Shown here in pieces: positions 5,882 to 15,076 of a DNA stretch of 24,425 nt. How positions within the stretch are numbered: position 1 is the stretch's first letter; each line of letters begins with the position of its first letter. A program made the position numbers and the translations under genes. The notes under the pieces were generated by a model. The model had not been told where the DNA came from. It made no database searches and saw only the letters and a program-made list of their open reading frames with translations. Location: the IMG/VR virus record IMGVR_UViG_3300017785_000115, positions 1 to 24,425 of that record. One strand, written 5' to 3'. Origin of the DNA: a virus (taxonomy: Duplodnaviria; Caudoviricetes).

Positions 5882-8800
5882 TTAAGCTGCTCCTGTTCGT
5901 TGATAAGTGGTTTGTTGAAGCATGGTGTTGTTTGTTGTTGGAGTGTAAGACAAAGCATAAACACCAGTTGAAGTTGTGTAATCAGTTCCTTGGTCAACCA
6001 AAGTTCCGTTTATATACAACTCAAAAGCATTTAAATCAAAATTGAAAGAATAGTTGGTAACTCCAACAGAAGTATTTGTTGTTCCTGTTTGCGATGCTCC
6101 CGCTGGAGTAGTCAAGATATTTTCAGCAAATTGTATAGAGGTTATAAGTCCGGTTACGTTTTGCGAAAAACTTAATGTCGTTGTCAAATCATAATCAAGA
6201 TCATTGACAGCAGTTCCATTAAAAAACAACTTCTCATATCCAGTGCGATAAGACCATTCGGTTGGAGTAAATAAAGATTGGTTTGTCAGACTATCTGTCC
6301 AACGGCTAAATGGTCTGTACGCTGAAGATGCGGCCCGATATTGATACACCGCATTGCCAGCCAATACGCCGCTTAATGTTGTTGTAAACGTGATTGTGCG
6401 TGTGGTGTAATTAATCGTTAATATTGTGTATTGCGTTGGTGTTCCAGTGTTGGCAAACGTGATTATGTCTCCAGCATACATTTTTTGATTAGGCAGTGCT
6501 GTGCTGGTGTAAACGATAGAACTTGCACCAACCGTTTGAACAATCAAACCAGTGTTGACAAAAGTAATTCCACTGGCAACTGCGCTCATACTGATGATGG
6601 ACACAAGTGTTCCAGCCGCGCAAGAAGTTCCAAGCGTAATTGTTGTAAGAATTTCTGTGTATTCCGATTCATCTAACAACATCCCATTGCGGAAAACAAG
6701 GCATTGCCCCAAGATGTAGCTTGCGCTTCTTGCAGTTGGCGTAAACACAGTTTGCCCTGCCGTTGCAATAACTTCATACAACGTGTAATTAAAATTATCA
6801 GGAGAAACAAACCCAAGCACACGACCATATTTATCAATAGTCAGTTGTGCAACCGCGCTAGTTTTTTGCGAAATGCCGGGTCCAAAATCCAACAACGTTG
6901 CCAACTCCGCAACAATTTTTCCGTCCGTACTGTTGGTTATTGCAATTTCACCAATGCCAGTTGTTGTTGTTCCCGTAGTAATAAGCTGACCTGTGCGAAC
7001 ATCAAGGTCAATCGTATTGTTTCCATCAGGCAGTGCCGACCAAATTGTTGGGTCATACAATGAAACGCTAGTTGGAACAAACGCTGCCGTTCCCGCAGCA
7101 TAAGCCGCAAAGTCAGTAGCAAAGCTAAATTTTCTACCACCTCTATTGCTAAACGCAAGGAATATGTTTGTGCCAAATGTCGGTTGTGCAAAATACCATG
7201 TGTAATTACTTGGGTCGCTTGAGTATGCTGGTGTTGTGTCGGTATTCCATAAACCAAAATAAGTTTTTCCCCTTGGGTTGTCTGAAATGCCGGTTCCCGT
7301 AATGCTTGTTGCGTAAGCCACCACAATATACCTCCCGGTAAATTGAAATGTGGTGGGCCTCCATTGAAGCACTGAACTTGCTGCGCTGTACTGACTTGAG
7401 CCAAGAGAGTTCACCATCCTGACAAAGAAATACCAGTTGCCTTGTGGAATGTTTTCCAAAGTCACAACACCCATACTTGAACCGGGCGTATATGGATTTC
7501 CAGCCGATTTCACCGCAGTGGTCCCGGCAAATATACGTTGAGGATCAGATGGTGCGCTAAATGCCGAATACCAAACTTCTGCGTATTGACTCACGCCACT
7601 TGATGCCGCCGTTACAGACACGCCAAATGATGGATTGGCGGCAGTCGGATTTAAATTAACTACCACTGGCGCATACATTGTGCCAAACACCAAAGGCGAT
7701 GGAATTCCAGTGTTTGGCGCTGGTGTAAATTGCGTGATTGGCGTATCGTCATACACAGTGGAGTTGTATTCAATCAACGTCAATGAAGCCGTAATTTGCC
7801 CATCATCACTAAAGTTTTCAGTGACTTGAGAAATCCTAAACAACTTGTTTGTCCAACCGTAATTTGGGCTAGTCAAGGTCACAATGTCGCCAGCCTCAAG
7901 TTGCAGACCAGCAAAACTAATTGTCACCTTCACAATCAAATCTTCACGCCCTGCTTTTAATAAACGTTGTGCGATGTATTGCGCTCGGACATCGCTGTTC
8001 ACCAAAGGCAACGTGACAGATTGCTTGTTGATTGGCTCATTTGGGTAAAGCAAAGTTGGCGCAACTTGAGAAAGACTAAACACCGCAGATGCAAACGTGT
8101 CTTTTTCGCTGCCATTTGCAAACTTGGATTCAATGATGTTTGGCGTACTAGACAAATCTGTTGGGGTGATTTGCAATGCTGACACCATGTTGCTGTCATC
8201 AATGGACAACGCCACTGCGTAAGTTGGCGATTGAACAATTACACCCCACTGGGCAGTTAATTCGTTGTAGCGTAACAAGCAATCACAAGATGCAGCCATG
8301 TTTTGCATGTTGCTCATAATACTCACGGATGTATCCAACACGCCATCAAACTTAAATCTTGTGATGGTTGCCGAACCTCCCGCCGCAGGGGTGTAGGTGA
8401 ATGCGCCAGCACAATACGAATTTAAAGTAGCAAGGCTTGTCGAATCGACTTGTGATGAAGGAACGCCAGCACCGTATCGCGTTGATTGCAGAAAATCACT
8501 AAAACAATCACCCGGCGCTGTCCTTGGGTTGTTAACTTGGAACCGAGTTTGTTGAATGCCCGTCAGTCCAGCATCTGCGTTATAAACCAATTTTACAATT
8601 GCAAAAGCGCAATTACTCATTAATTTGGTGTTATCCCAAACGTAAGCCAAATTAGGGTCGCTCATCAATGTAACGGCGTTTGTTGCGCTGTTTGTTGGTT
8701 GATATGACCCGTTGCGATACAAGTAGATAAACATGTTGCCATCTACGTTTGTTTGTGACTCGTTTGTTGACTCGTCAAGCAATGACACAACTCGTGTTTG

Positions 8801-9193
8801 ATCTGTAGTATCAAACACGCAACGCTTGCCGCCCCAATACACATTACCAAAAGTAAAAATGTCGCCTGTTGCGCCGCCTTGCGTATTAGTGACTTCTGCC
8901 AATGACAAGCAGTAATACATTGTCTGGTTGTCATTGCTAATTGTCAGGTCAGTAATAACACCTCCAACATAAGCACTACCATAAACCACTGGAAGTTTAT
9001 TGCTCCCGGCTGGAGGAACTTGCTGTCTGGACCCAAGATTTTTTTGTGTATTTGCTTCAGGACTTGCAGAACTTGCAATGATGCGCGACACCACAAGGTT
9101 GATACCAAATGCTACCGCCATACCGCCTGCCGTCAAAGCTCCAGCAGCATTAACAAGGCTAAACGCTTGTGACGCAATAATTGAACCCGGCAT
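5882..9193 (-). CDS. Tip attachment / host-specificity protein (lambda gpJ-like)
   Basis: 1103 aa. N-terminal 'LPVVYGSAYVGG', then 'YGAG' and the tail-hub motif 'LEAGDIVTLT...FRISQV', an FN3-like segment and a variable C-terminus. Confidence 0.85.
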   Translation of the reverse strand: MPGSIIASQAFSLVNAAGALTAGGMAVAFGINLVVSRIIASSASPEANTQKNLGSRQQVPPAGSNKLPVVYGSAYVGGVITDLTISNDNQTMYYCLSLAEVTNTQGGATGDIFTFGNVYWGGKRCVFDTTDQTRVVSLLDESTNESQTNVDGNMFIYLYRNGSYQPTNSATNAVTLMSDPNLAYVWDNTKLMSNCAFAIVKLVYNADAGLTGIQQTRFQVNNPRTAPGDCFSDFLQSTRYGAGVPSSQVDSTSLATLNSYCAGAFTYTPAAGGSATITRFKFDGVLDTSVSIMSNMQNMAASCDCLLRYNELTAQWGVIVQSPTYAVALSIDDSNMVSALQITPTDLSSTPNIIESKFANGSEKDTFASAVFSLSQVAPTLLYPNEPINKQSVTLPLVNSDVRAQYIAQRLLKAGREDLIVKVTISFAGLQLEAGDIVTLTSPNYGWTNKLFRISQVTENFSDDGQITASLTLIEYNSTVYDDTPITQFTPAPNTGIPSPLVFGTMYAPVVVNLNPTAANPSFGVSVTAASSGVSQYAEVWYSAFSAPSDPQRIFAGTTAVKSAGNPYTPGSSMGVVTLENIPQGNWYFFVRMVNSLGSSQYSAASSVLQWRPTTFQFTGRYIVVAYATSITGTGISDNPRGKTYFGLWNTDTTPAYSSDPSNYTWYFAQPTFGTNIFLAFSNRGGRKFSFATDFAAYAAGTAAFVPTSVSLYDPTIWSALPDGNNTIDLDVRTGQLITTGTTTTGIGEIAITNSTDGKIVAELATLLDFGPGISQKTSAVAQLTIDKYGRVLGFVSPDNFNYTLYEVIATAGQTVFTPTARSASYILGQCLVFRNGMLLDESEYTEILTTITLGTSCAAGTLVSIISMSAVASGITFVNTGLIVQTVGASSIVYTSTALPNQKMYAGDIITFANTGTPTQYTILTINYTTRTITFTTTLSGVLAGNAVYQYRAASSAYRPFSRWTDSLTNQSLFTPTEWSYRTGYEKLFFNGTAVNDLDYDLTTTLSFSQNVTGLITSIQFAENILTTPAGASQTGTTNTSVGVTNYSFNFDLNAFELYINGTLVDQGTDYTTSTGVYALSYTPTTNNTMLQQTTYQRTGAA

Positions 9194-9194
9194 A

Positions 9195-9641
9195 TCAAAT
9201 CACCCAAAATTCTTCAAGTTTTGAAAAACCGAACCTGCTGAACTTCAGGTCAGGACTGTTAACCATTTTGCTGATAAACGCATTGCAAATTCTTCCAGCA
9301 TCTTTGAGAGCAATTGCTTCGTCTAAGTATGCTCGTAACAGCCTGTATCCAGCAGTGCTGCCGCGATGTTCAGGTTCAACCCAATATGCAAACTCAGTCA
9401 AAACAAAATGCTTTGGCGACCAAATGCTTGGCATCACTGCCGCAATCATCATCCCCACAGATTTGCCATCAATCTCTGCCAACAAAACAACACCACGACC
9501 AGCAATCAATTCGTTAAGCATCTGCGTGACATATTCGGCATCATTGGCATCTTTCAAAAACTCCAGAGGAGTTTCGCTTCTGTATTGACGCAGCATATCC
9601 AGCACTGCTGGAATGTCAAAACGATTTGCTTTGCGAATCAT
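9195..9641 (-). CDS. GNAT-family N-acetyltransferase
   Basis: 'MIRKANRFDIPAV' start, acetyl-CoA motif A 'YWVEPEHRGSTAGYRLL' and C-terminal 'RFGF'. Coupled to the upstream gene by an ATGA overlap. Confidence 0.85.
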   Translation of the reverse strand: MIRKANRFDIPAVLDMLRQYRSETPLEFLKDANDAEYVTQMLNELIAGRGVVLLAEIDGKSVGMMIAAVMPSIWSPKHFVLTEFAYWVEPEHRGSTAGYRLLRAYLDEAIALKDAGRICNAFISKMVNSPDLKFSRFGFSKLEEFWVI

Positions 9642-10231
9642 TCTGGCTTCCCAAACTGATACGCAATTGTTTCAATAAAGCTGACACGATTCATGCTGGT
9701 ATCACCGGGGTTAAAGAATTGCCAACTGTCATCATTAGTGTAGCGTCCAGCATCTGTATTTTGCAAAGTCAATTGAGTGCTGGACGCTCCAATTTGAATT
9801 GTGCCAACAAAGCTACGGGCTTCTTCCATCCAGTTTTCTTGAATGCTGAATGACGTAATGTATCCGCTAAAAAACTGATACAACCCACCAGTACCACCCG
9901 TTGTGATAAGTGCGCCGTTTGTATCAAAGAAACCATGCCACATTTGAATGTAGGAACCCTTTACGGTGTTGCCTAAAACAAACCCAAGCATGGCTGTATC
10001 AATTCCTGTCAATGACACTGATGTGTCGTTGGAGGTGCTTTTTATGTCTCGCTGTACGTCACCTACCCGCAAGAGTGTACCCACCGCGCTAAACGGCGTA
10101 GCATCAACAGCAGAGACAGTTATGTTTGAAGCTGCTGTGCAGAAACGATAAATCTGCGAACCAGTGTTGATGCGTATGAAATCCGCAATGCGGATGTTGT
10201 TTGTTCCAACAACAGGTGTAATGACGTTCAT
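9638..10231 (-). CDS. Minor tail-tip protein (gpL position)
   Basis: Synteny between the distal tail gene and gpJ-like gene; beta-rich sequence; ATGA overlaps at both ends. Confidence 0.55.
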   Translation of the reverse strand: MNVITPVVGTNNIRIADFIRINTGSQIYRFCTAASNITVSAVDATPFSAVGTLLRVGDVQRDIKSTSNDTSVSLTGIDTAMLGFVLGNTVKGSYIQMWHGFFDTNGALITTGGTGGLYQFFSGYITSFSIQENWMEEARSFVGTIQIGASSTQLTLQNTDAGRYTNDDSWQFFNPGDTSMNRVSFIETIAYQFGKPE

Positions 10232-10908
10232 AAAACAGCCTCAAATGCGTTGAATTCGCCCGACCACTCAATAAACGAATCATTGGTCATTGGTCGCAAT
10301 GTATATGTCGGGTAATCACGCAAAATTACAGGGAATGTTACTCCCGTATAACTGCTGCCACCCATGCTAATAGTTGCCCCAAATTGACCAGCAACACAAG
10401 CCACAGTGGAAGCGAGCGTTGCTATAAGGTTTCGATGCACTGGCACGTTTACGGTTGCACCGGCTCCGCGCAACACATCAGCAGTGACAATGTATGTGTA
10501 CCGATCAACTTGCACAAAATCACCAATTCGGAATAAATACGAACCAGAAGAAATTGAAGGCAAAGAGCCAAGCACCAAAATTTTATTGGCTGATGATGTT
10601 TGCCACCTACATGCTGCAATTTGAGCAGAAGTCATGTCCCCTTGATACTTGATGTAATTCAACCATCCAGTGGAGCCAAAATTTAAATATTGCTCAAGTG
10701 CTTTGTCTGGAATCCTCAAGGCATTCAAAATGCTTCGGCTTTGCGAATACAGCAAATAATTCATGGGCCTCAACGTGAATTGAAACGGCACAACCGTAAT
10801 AATTTCACTGGTCAGGATTTTTTGGTTGCGGCTGACCGTCTGCCCAACAAACCTGTGGTCATTGATCGTGACGCTTTCAGCAATGCTCAGAATGGTGTTA
10901 AGGCTCAT
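10228..10908 (-). CDS. Distal tail protein (Dit/gpM position)
   Basis: First gene after the tape measure. 'FRIGDFVQV...YIVTADV' insertion and C-terminal 'FNAFEAVL' are typical of proteobacterial siphophage Dit-like proteins. Confidence 0.6.
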   Translation of the reverse strand: MSLNTILSIAESVTINDHRFVGQTVSRNQKILTSEIITVVPFQFTLRPMNYLLYSQSRSILNALRIPDKALEQYLNFGSTGWLNYIKYQGDMTSAQIAACRWQTSSANKILVLGSLPSISSGSYLFRIGDFVQVDRYTYIVTADVLRGAGATVNVPVHRNLIATLASTVACVAGQFGATISMGGSSYTGVTFPVILRDYPTYTLRPMTNDSFIEWSGEFNAFEAVL

Positions 10909-10909
10909 G

Positions 10910-13339
10910 TTATCGACTCACTGGCATAGACCGTTGTGCAGACTGATTTGCAGACCATACGGCTTGTTTGTTTTTGGCAAGGAATTGAACGGCGCTTTGA
11001 GTGTCAATGGCACTCATGTTTTGGATGATTGGCCCATTGTAGTTAATTGTTTGACCACCCATGCCACCCAAGGCATGGTTAGGAATGATTGTTCCAGCAG
11101 TGCGAGGAACGAACAACTCGGGTCCACGCTCTCCGACAATGCTTGCTTTGCCTACTGGTGGGTCGCCACCATCAGCAAACATTCTGCCGCCGCTGGCTGA
11201 TACAAATTGCGATTGCGTCATGGTCATTGGGGTTGGAAAAAATGAACTAAACAACATTCGCAGCAACGTCATGGCTTGCGCCTTCATCTCAATTGCAATC
11301 AAGTCCCTAATGACACTTGCAGCAAAGTCCTTCATTTTGAACTTGCCGGTTTGTACAAACTTGTCAATGGCAGAACCAAGGTTGCCCCACACCGAATCAA
11401 ACACTTGTTGGGTGCGCTTCATGGAGTCTTCTATCGTCACAAACAAGTTTGCCATTTGTTCTTGACGATCAATCTGGTCAAGATTAAATTGCTTGTCTGG
11501 ACCTTCCTCAACCTCTTTGCGCTTTCTCGCATACTCCAAAGAAATCTGAGCAAGTTTTTGCTCTTTCTCAGTGGCGTAAATCATTTGGCTCTTTAAGTCC
11601 AAGGACTCGCGCTGGTACTCCATCTCTCGCGTCTTGGATTGGTTGGCTGTTCTAATACTTGCAAGCCTGTTTGACTCCGCAACTTCGGCATCAGTAATTT
11701 CTTTTTGTGTGCGGAGATATTCTTCGTACTCTGAGAGCCGATTTTTGTTGCGGATGCTTCTGATTTTTTCATCACGCTTTAACTCTATTGTGTAAATCTC
11801 GGCATCCAACTGTCTTGCAAGCAGCCCACCAAAAGCAAGTTTTTCTTCAGCAGACTTTTTGCTGAACTCAAGGCGCTTTTCTTCAAGTTCTTTAGCCGCT
11901 TCCAATTCAATTTTTTGTATTTCGTTTGCGCCTTCAACGGCAATAAGAAACTCGTTGTTGGCAATCGCTTTGGCAATTGCTGATTCAATTTCTATTTGCT
12001 TGCCAATGCCACCAGCGCCAGAGTAGGCTTTAATTTTTCTTTGTTCTTCTTCTGCCTTTTTGGTTCTTGCCTCTGCCGCATCAAGCGCAGCCATTTCTTT
12101 GCTGACAATAGCGTTTAACTCGGTTCTGAACGAGGCAAGCGCAGCTTCTTGTGAGCCTGTCTTTAAGCCCTTTGCTTGCCTCTTAGAAATTTCATCAGTA
12201 ATCTCATTGATTTTCTTTTCAAGTTCGATGGCTCGGTCAGTTCCGCTTTCACGGCCCCAACCCATCATTGCGTCCCACGCAGAAGATGCAAAATTAGCAA
12301 CGCCTTGCCAAGCCTTTTCCAAATTGCCAAGTTCGCGTTGCGTTGATTTCAAACTTTCGTTGAGCAATGTTGCTTGCAGCTTTGCAGCCTCTTGCAATCT
12401 GCCCTGCTTCTCAAGAGCCTCAATGTTCTTGTATTGCTCAAGCGTAAGGAAATGATATTTGTCGTTCAATTGCTTTGCAGAACTTGCTGTCCCATCAAGC
12501 AAAGGAATCAGTGTTTCAGCGGCTTTTGTGGCATCTACGCCAGCAATCTTGGCAAAGCGCAGCACGACCTCACCAACAGCCTCCATTGAGGTGGATGTAA
12601 ATTTGCCTGATGCCGCCAACTGCTGCATCAAATCTCGGGCATCTCCAATTGATGCGTTTGTTTTGTTTGACAAAACATTGCCGAGGTTCAGCAATTTGTC
12701 ATAAGTTACACCGGCAAATCCACCAGTCAATGTCATTGCGTCCTTGAATTTGTCAAGATCGTCAATTGCTTTGTAAAAGGCGTAACCAACAGTGGCGGCA
12801 GCAGTTCCAATAAGAAGAAGTCCAACCCTAAAAGGGGTAAAAATAGAGCCAATGGCTTTAAACATATTGCCAACACCGCCCATCGCATCCTTCAATTGAC
12901 CACCTTGCTGGATGATGGCAATAAACGGGCTTTGACCAGAAGCGATCTGCGTAAACAAGTCAGTCGTCTGATACGTCAACTGCATCTTCTGTTGCTCGTT
13001 CATTTTGAACTGAGCGCCAGCCATATTCTTCATTGCGTTGGCTTTGGCATCATATGCTGCCGCTTCTTTACGCAACATGTCAATCAAAGTACCTTCAGCA
13101 CGTTGATAACGTCCAGCCTTAATCTCTCGCTCAATTTGCTCAACCTTAGTTAAGGTCTTGCCGTAATCTTCTGTTGCGTAACGCAGCGCAACAAGTTCTT
13201 TTGCGGCATTGTCGGAGTCGCGTTGAATCTGTTTAGCAAAGGAACCAAATTCCTGCTTTGCTTTAGAAATCTTGACTTCAAGTTCTGCCGTATCAACGCC
13301 AAGAACAATACCAAGTCGAGCAATATTCATTGAAGCCAT
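10910..13339 (-). CDS. Tail tape measure protein (lambda-like)
   Basis: 809 aa, alpha-helical and Ala/Glu/Lys-rich. 'TDLFTQIASGQSPFIAIIQQGGQLKD' is the lambda-type TMP motif. C-terminal 'FADGG...IVGERGPELFVP'. Confidence 0.95.
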   Translation of the reverse strand: MASMNIARLGIVLGVDTAELEVKISKAKQEFGSFAKQIQRDSDNAAKELVALRYATEDYGKTLTKVEQIEREIKAGRYQRAEGTLIDMLRKEAAAYDAKANAMKNMAGAQFKMNEQQKMQLTYQTTDLFTQIASGQSPFIAIIQQGGQLKDAMGGVGNMFKAIGSIFTPFRVGLLLIGTAAATVGYAFYKAIDDLDKFKDAMTLTGGFAGVTYDKLLNLGNVLSNKTNASIGDARDLMQQLAASGKFTSTSMEAVGEVVLRFAKIAGVDATKAAETLIPLLDGTASSAKQLNDKYHFLTLEQYKNIEALEKQGRLQEAAKLQATLLNESLKSTQRELGNLEKAWQGVANFASSAWDAMMGWGRESGTDRAIELEKKINEITDEISKRQAKGLKTGSQEAALASFRTELNAIVSKEMAALDAAEARTKKAEEEQRKIKAYSGAGGIGKQIEIESAIAKAIANNEFLIAVEGANEIQKIELEAAKELEEKRLEFSKKSAEEKLAFGGLLARQLDAEIYTIELKRDEKIRSIRNKNRLSEYEEYLRTQKEITDAEVAESNRLASIRTANQSKTREMEYQRESLDLKSQMIYATEKEQKLAQISLEYARKRKEVEEGPDKQFNLDQIDRQEQMANLFVTIEDSMKRTQQVFDSVWGNLGSAIDKFVQTGKFKMKDFAASVIRDLIAIEMKAQAMTLLRMLFSSFFPTPMTMTQSQFVSASGGRMFADGGDPPVGKASIVGERGPELFVPRTAGTIIPNHALGGMGGQTINYNGPIIQNMSAIDTQSAVQFLAKNKQAVWSANQSAQRSMPVSR

Positions 13340-13839
13340 TACTTTCTCCTTGCCGCCATTTTATTCGCATATGCCATCAAATAGGCAGCAAAACTTGTTT
13401 TGAAGTTGCCAACAACTGATTCTGCGTTTTGCTCAATTGCTCTACGCAAAAATGGTTGTGCTGGAATTTTTTTAGTGCCAAACTCTTGAGCCAAAGATAC
13501 AGCACTTCGTTTCACAGATACAACCGCAATAGCTGCATCAGACTGATTCACATGAATTGATTGCATGTCTCGTTTTGTTGGAATTCTTGCATCCAACCGA
13601 ACGGTATCTTTTAAGTGAATTGGGCTTTTTTCTGTTCTAGGCGATGGATCATATGGAGCCGTGGCTCTGACTTGATCCGCAACAGGCGACATCGCATCTT
13701 TTGCCGCCTTGACAATAGTTGCTCTTGCCGCAGTATCGGCACGATGAAAGTCCATCAACTCAGAAAGTTTCGCCTCAAGGTCTTCCAAGCCCTCAACGCG
13801 AAACATTCTATTTTTGCCATCGGGACTCCAAGAGGCCAT
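13339..13839 (-). CDS. HK97 gp10-family tail completion protein
   Basis: 'VEGLEDLEAKL', 'APYD' and 'QEFGTKKIPAQPFLRRA' signature motifs. Confidence 0.85.
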   Translation of the reverse strand: MASWSPDGKNRMFRVEGLEDLEAKLSELMDFHRADTAARATIVKAAKDAMSPVADQVRATAPYDPSPRTEKSPIHLKDTVRLDARIPTKRDMQSIHVNQSDAAIAVVSVKRSAVSLAQEFGTKKIPAQPFLRRAIEQNAESVVGNFKTSFAAYLMAYANKMAARRK

Positions 13840-13840
13840 A

Positions 13841-14185
13841 CTATTCTTTCAGGTAAGCCTCCGAACCCGGTCTAGTAGCCAAGAATGCCATCAACTGCTT
13901 GCTGGCTTGCTCTTGCTGTTGTTCCTTTGTCAGCGGCGGGACAATGTATTCGTGTGTCGATGGAAGAACGTCTTTCATCGTAAACGGTCTTGTCGTCTTC
14001 TGTATTTTCGAGTTTAAATTGCCTGTGGTCAAGGAACTTAGCGCAAGCAGCAGCGCCTTGTTCCCAATCATGCCATCAGACAGCATAATCTCGATATTCC
14101 GCATGTCGTCCACAGGAACATCATCTGGACACCCACCATGAGCGTACACATACGCTCGGGCTTGTAGGTGAATGTCCTGAATTAG
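13841..14185 (-). CDS. Tail assembly chaperone, T-like portion (probably made as a G-T frameshift fusion)
   Basis: The frame of ORF 13841..14149 is open up to the slippery site (LIQDIHLQARAYVYAHGG...). No evident SD before GTG 14149. Confidence 0.7.
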   Translation of the reverse strand, partial: LIQDIHLQARAYVYAHGGCPDDVPVDDMRNIEIMLSDGMIGNKALLLALSSLTTGNLNSKIQKTTRPFTMKDVLPSTHEYIVPPLTKEQQQEQASKQLMAFLATRPGSEAYLKE

Positions 14186-14637
14186 TTTTTTCGAGAATCC
14201 TTATATCCCGGCTGAATTGACTCAGAAATTCTTGCAAGCATTTCAAGTTGAACAGCCGTGGGCCATTCAGCTTCAATGTCTTCGTATGTGATGTCATCAA
14301 GCGTTCCATTCACAGGAACCAACAACTTGATGTACTCCACCACTCGGTTTTCCATTTGCAAAATGGTTTGAACCAATTCCTTGGTGGAGCGCCCTTCAAC
14401 AATCACATCATCGTCAGTGACAACAACACCTTCAACATCCGAGACATTTCGGAAAGTTGAAGTCATTTTGTCAAAACGGATTTTGAATTCAGTTGCATCA
14501 ACTTTATTGATGCGGTCTTGAATGTCATCAAGTTCTTTGGACAGCGGAACACGAACTTTAAATTCGTGACCAGCAAGTTCAAACGTCTTGGTGCGGAGGT
14601 TGGTTGTTTCGCCAAAGGCTGAAGATAGTCTTGTCAT
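14182..14637 (-). CDS. Tail assembly chaperone, G-like
   Basis: Acidic 151-aa protein between the tail tube and TMP genes. It ends in CGA AAA AAC TAA, which contains a slippery heptamer. Confidence 0.75.
   Translation of the reverse strand: MTRLSSAFGETTNLRTKTFELAGHEFKVRVPLSKELDDIQDRINKVDATEFKIRFDKMTSTFRNVSDVEGVVVTDDDVIVEGRSTKELVQTILQMENRVVEYIKLLVPVNGTLDDITYEDIEAEWPTAVQLEMLARISESIQPGYKDSRKN
14185..14191 (-). promoter_or_regulatory. Programmed -1 frameshift site A AAA AAC
   Basis: X XXY YYZ heptamer in the last codons of G. A -1 shift enters the open T frame (14185-14149 = 36 nt, in frame). Confidence 0.8.
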
Positions 14638-14858
14638 GGTCGTGTGGTTTTGATGATCTTGTGATAAATCAACTCGTTCAAGTTGATTGCATAATCTACC
14701 GCCTCAAGTGGCGTTAGCTTGTCTGCGTGATTCCGCGCAATATCGTGGGCAAGAGCAATTGCCGTGATGCGCTGTTGAGTAAACCCAAACCAATTTTTGG
14801 ATGAATCGGATTGGGCTACAAGAAAATTTAGAAGGTCGTTGCTGTCTTTTACTATCAT
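14634..14858 (-). CDS. Hypothetical protein, 74 aa
   Basis: Fits the operon packing, with an ATGA overlap onto the chaperone gene. No recognised motif. Confidence 0.6.
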   Translation of the reverse strand: MIVKDSNDLLNFLVAQSDSSKNWFGFTQQRITAIALAHDIARNHADKLTPLEAVDYAINLNELIYHKIIKTTRP

Positions 14859-14863
14859 GTTTT

Positions 14864-15076
14864 TTACTCTGTTGTGTCTTGTGCAACTTCCTCAATAACC
14901 ACCACAGGGGCAGTTACGTTGTATTTTTTGAGCAGTGCCAAAGCAATAGCTTCAGCAGTGTCTGGTTTGGCTGTGGCTTTTGCAAGTTCAGCAGCGTCCA
15001 CCACCATGCCACGGGCGACAAGATCAATGTCCCCGTAGCTGGTCACAATCGTTTCAATTGCGTCAGTGACTTTCAT
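14864..15076 (-). CDS. Hypothetical protein, 70 aa (MKVTDAIETIV...)
   Basis: The likely start is ATG 15076, in a TGATG overlap with the tube-B stop, rather than 15130. Ala-rich and acidic. Confidence 0.65.
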   Translation of the reverse strand: MKVTDAIETIVTSYGDIDLVARGMVVDAAELAKATAKPDTAEAIALALLKKYNVTAPVVVIEEVAQDTTE

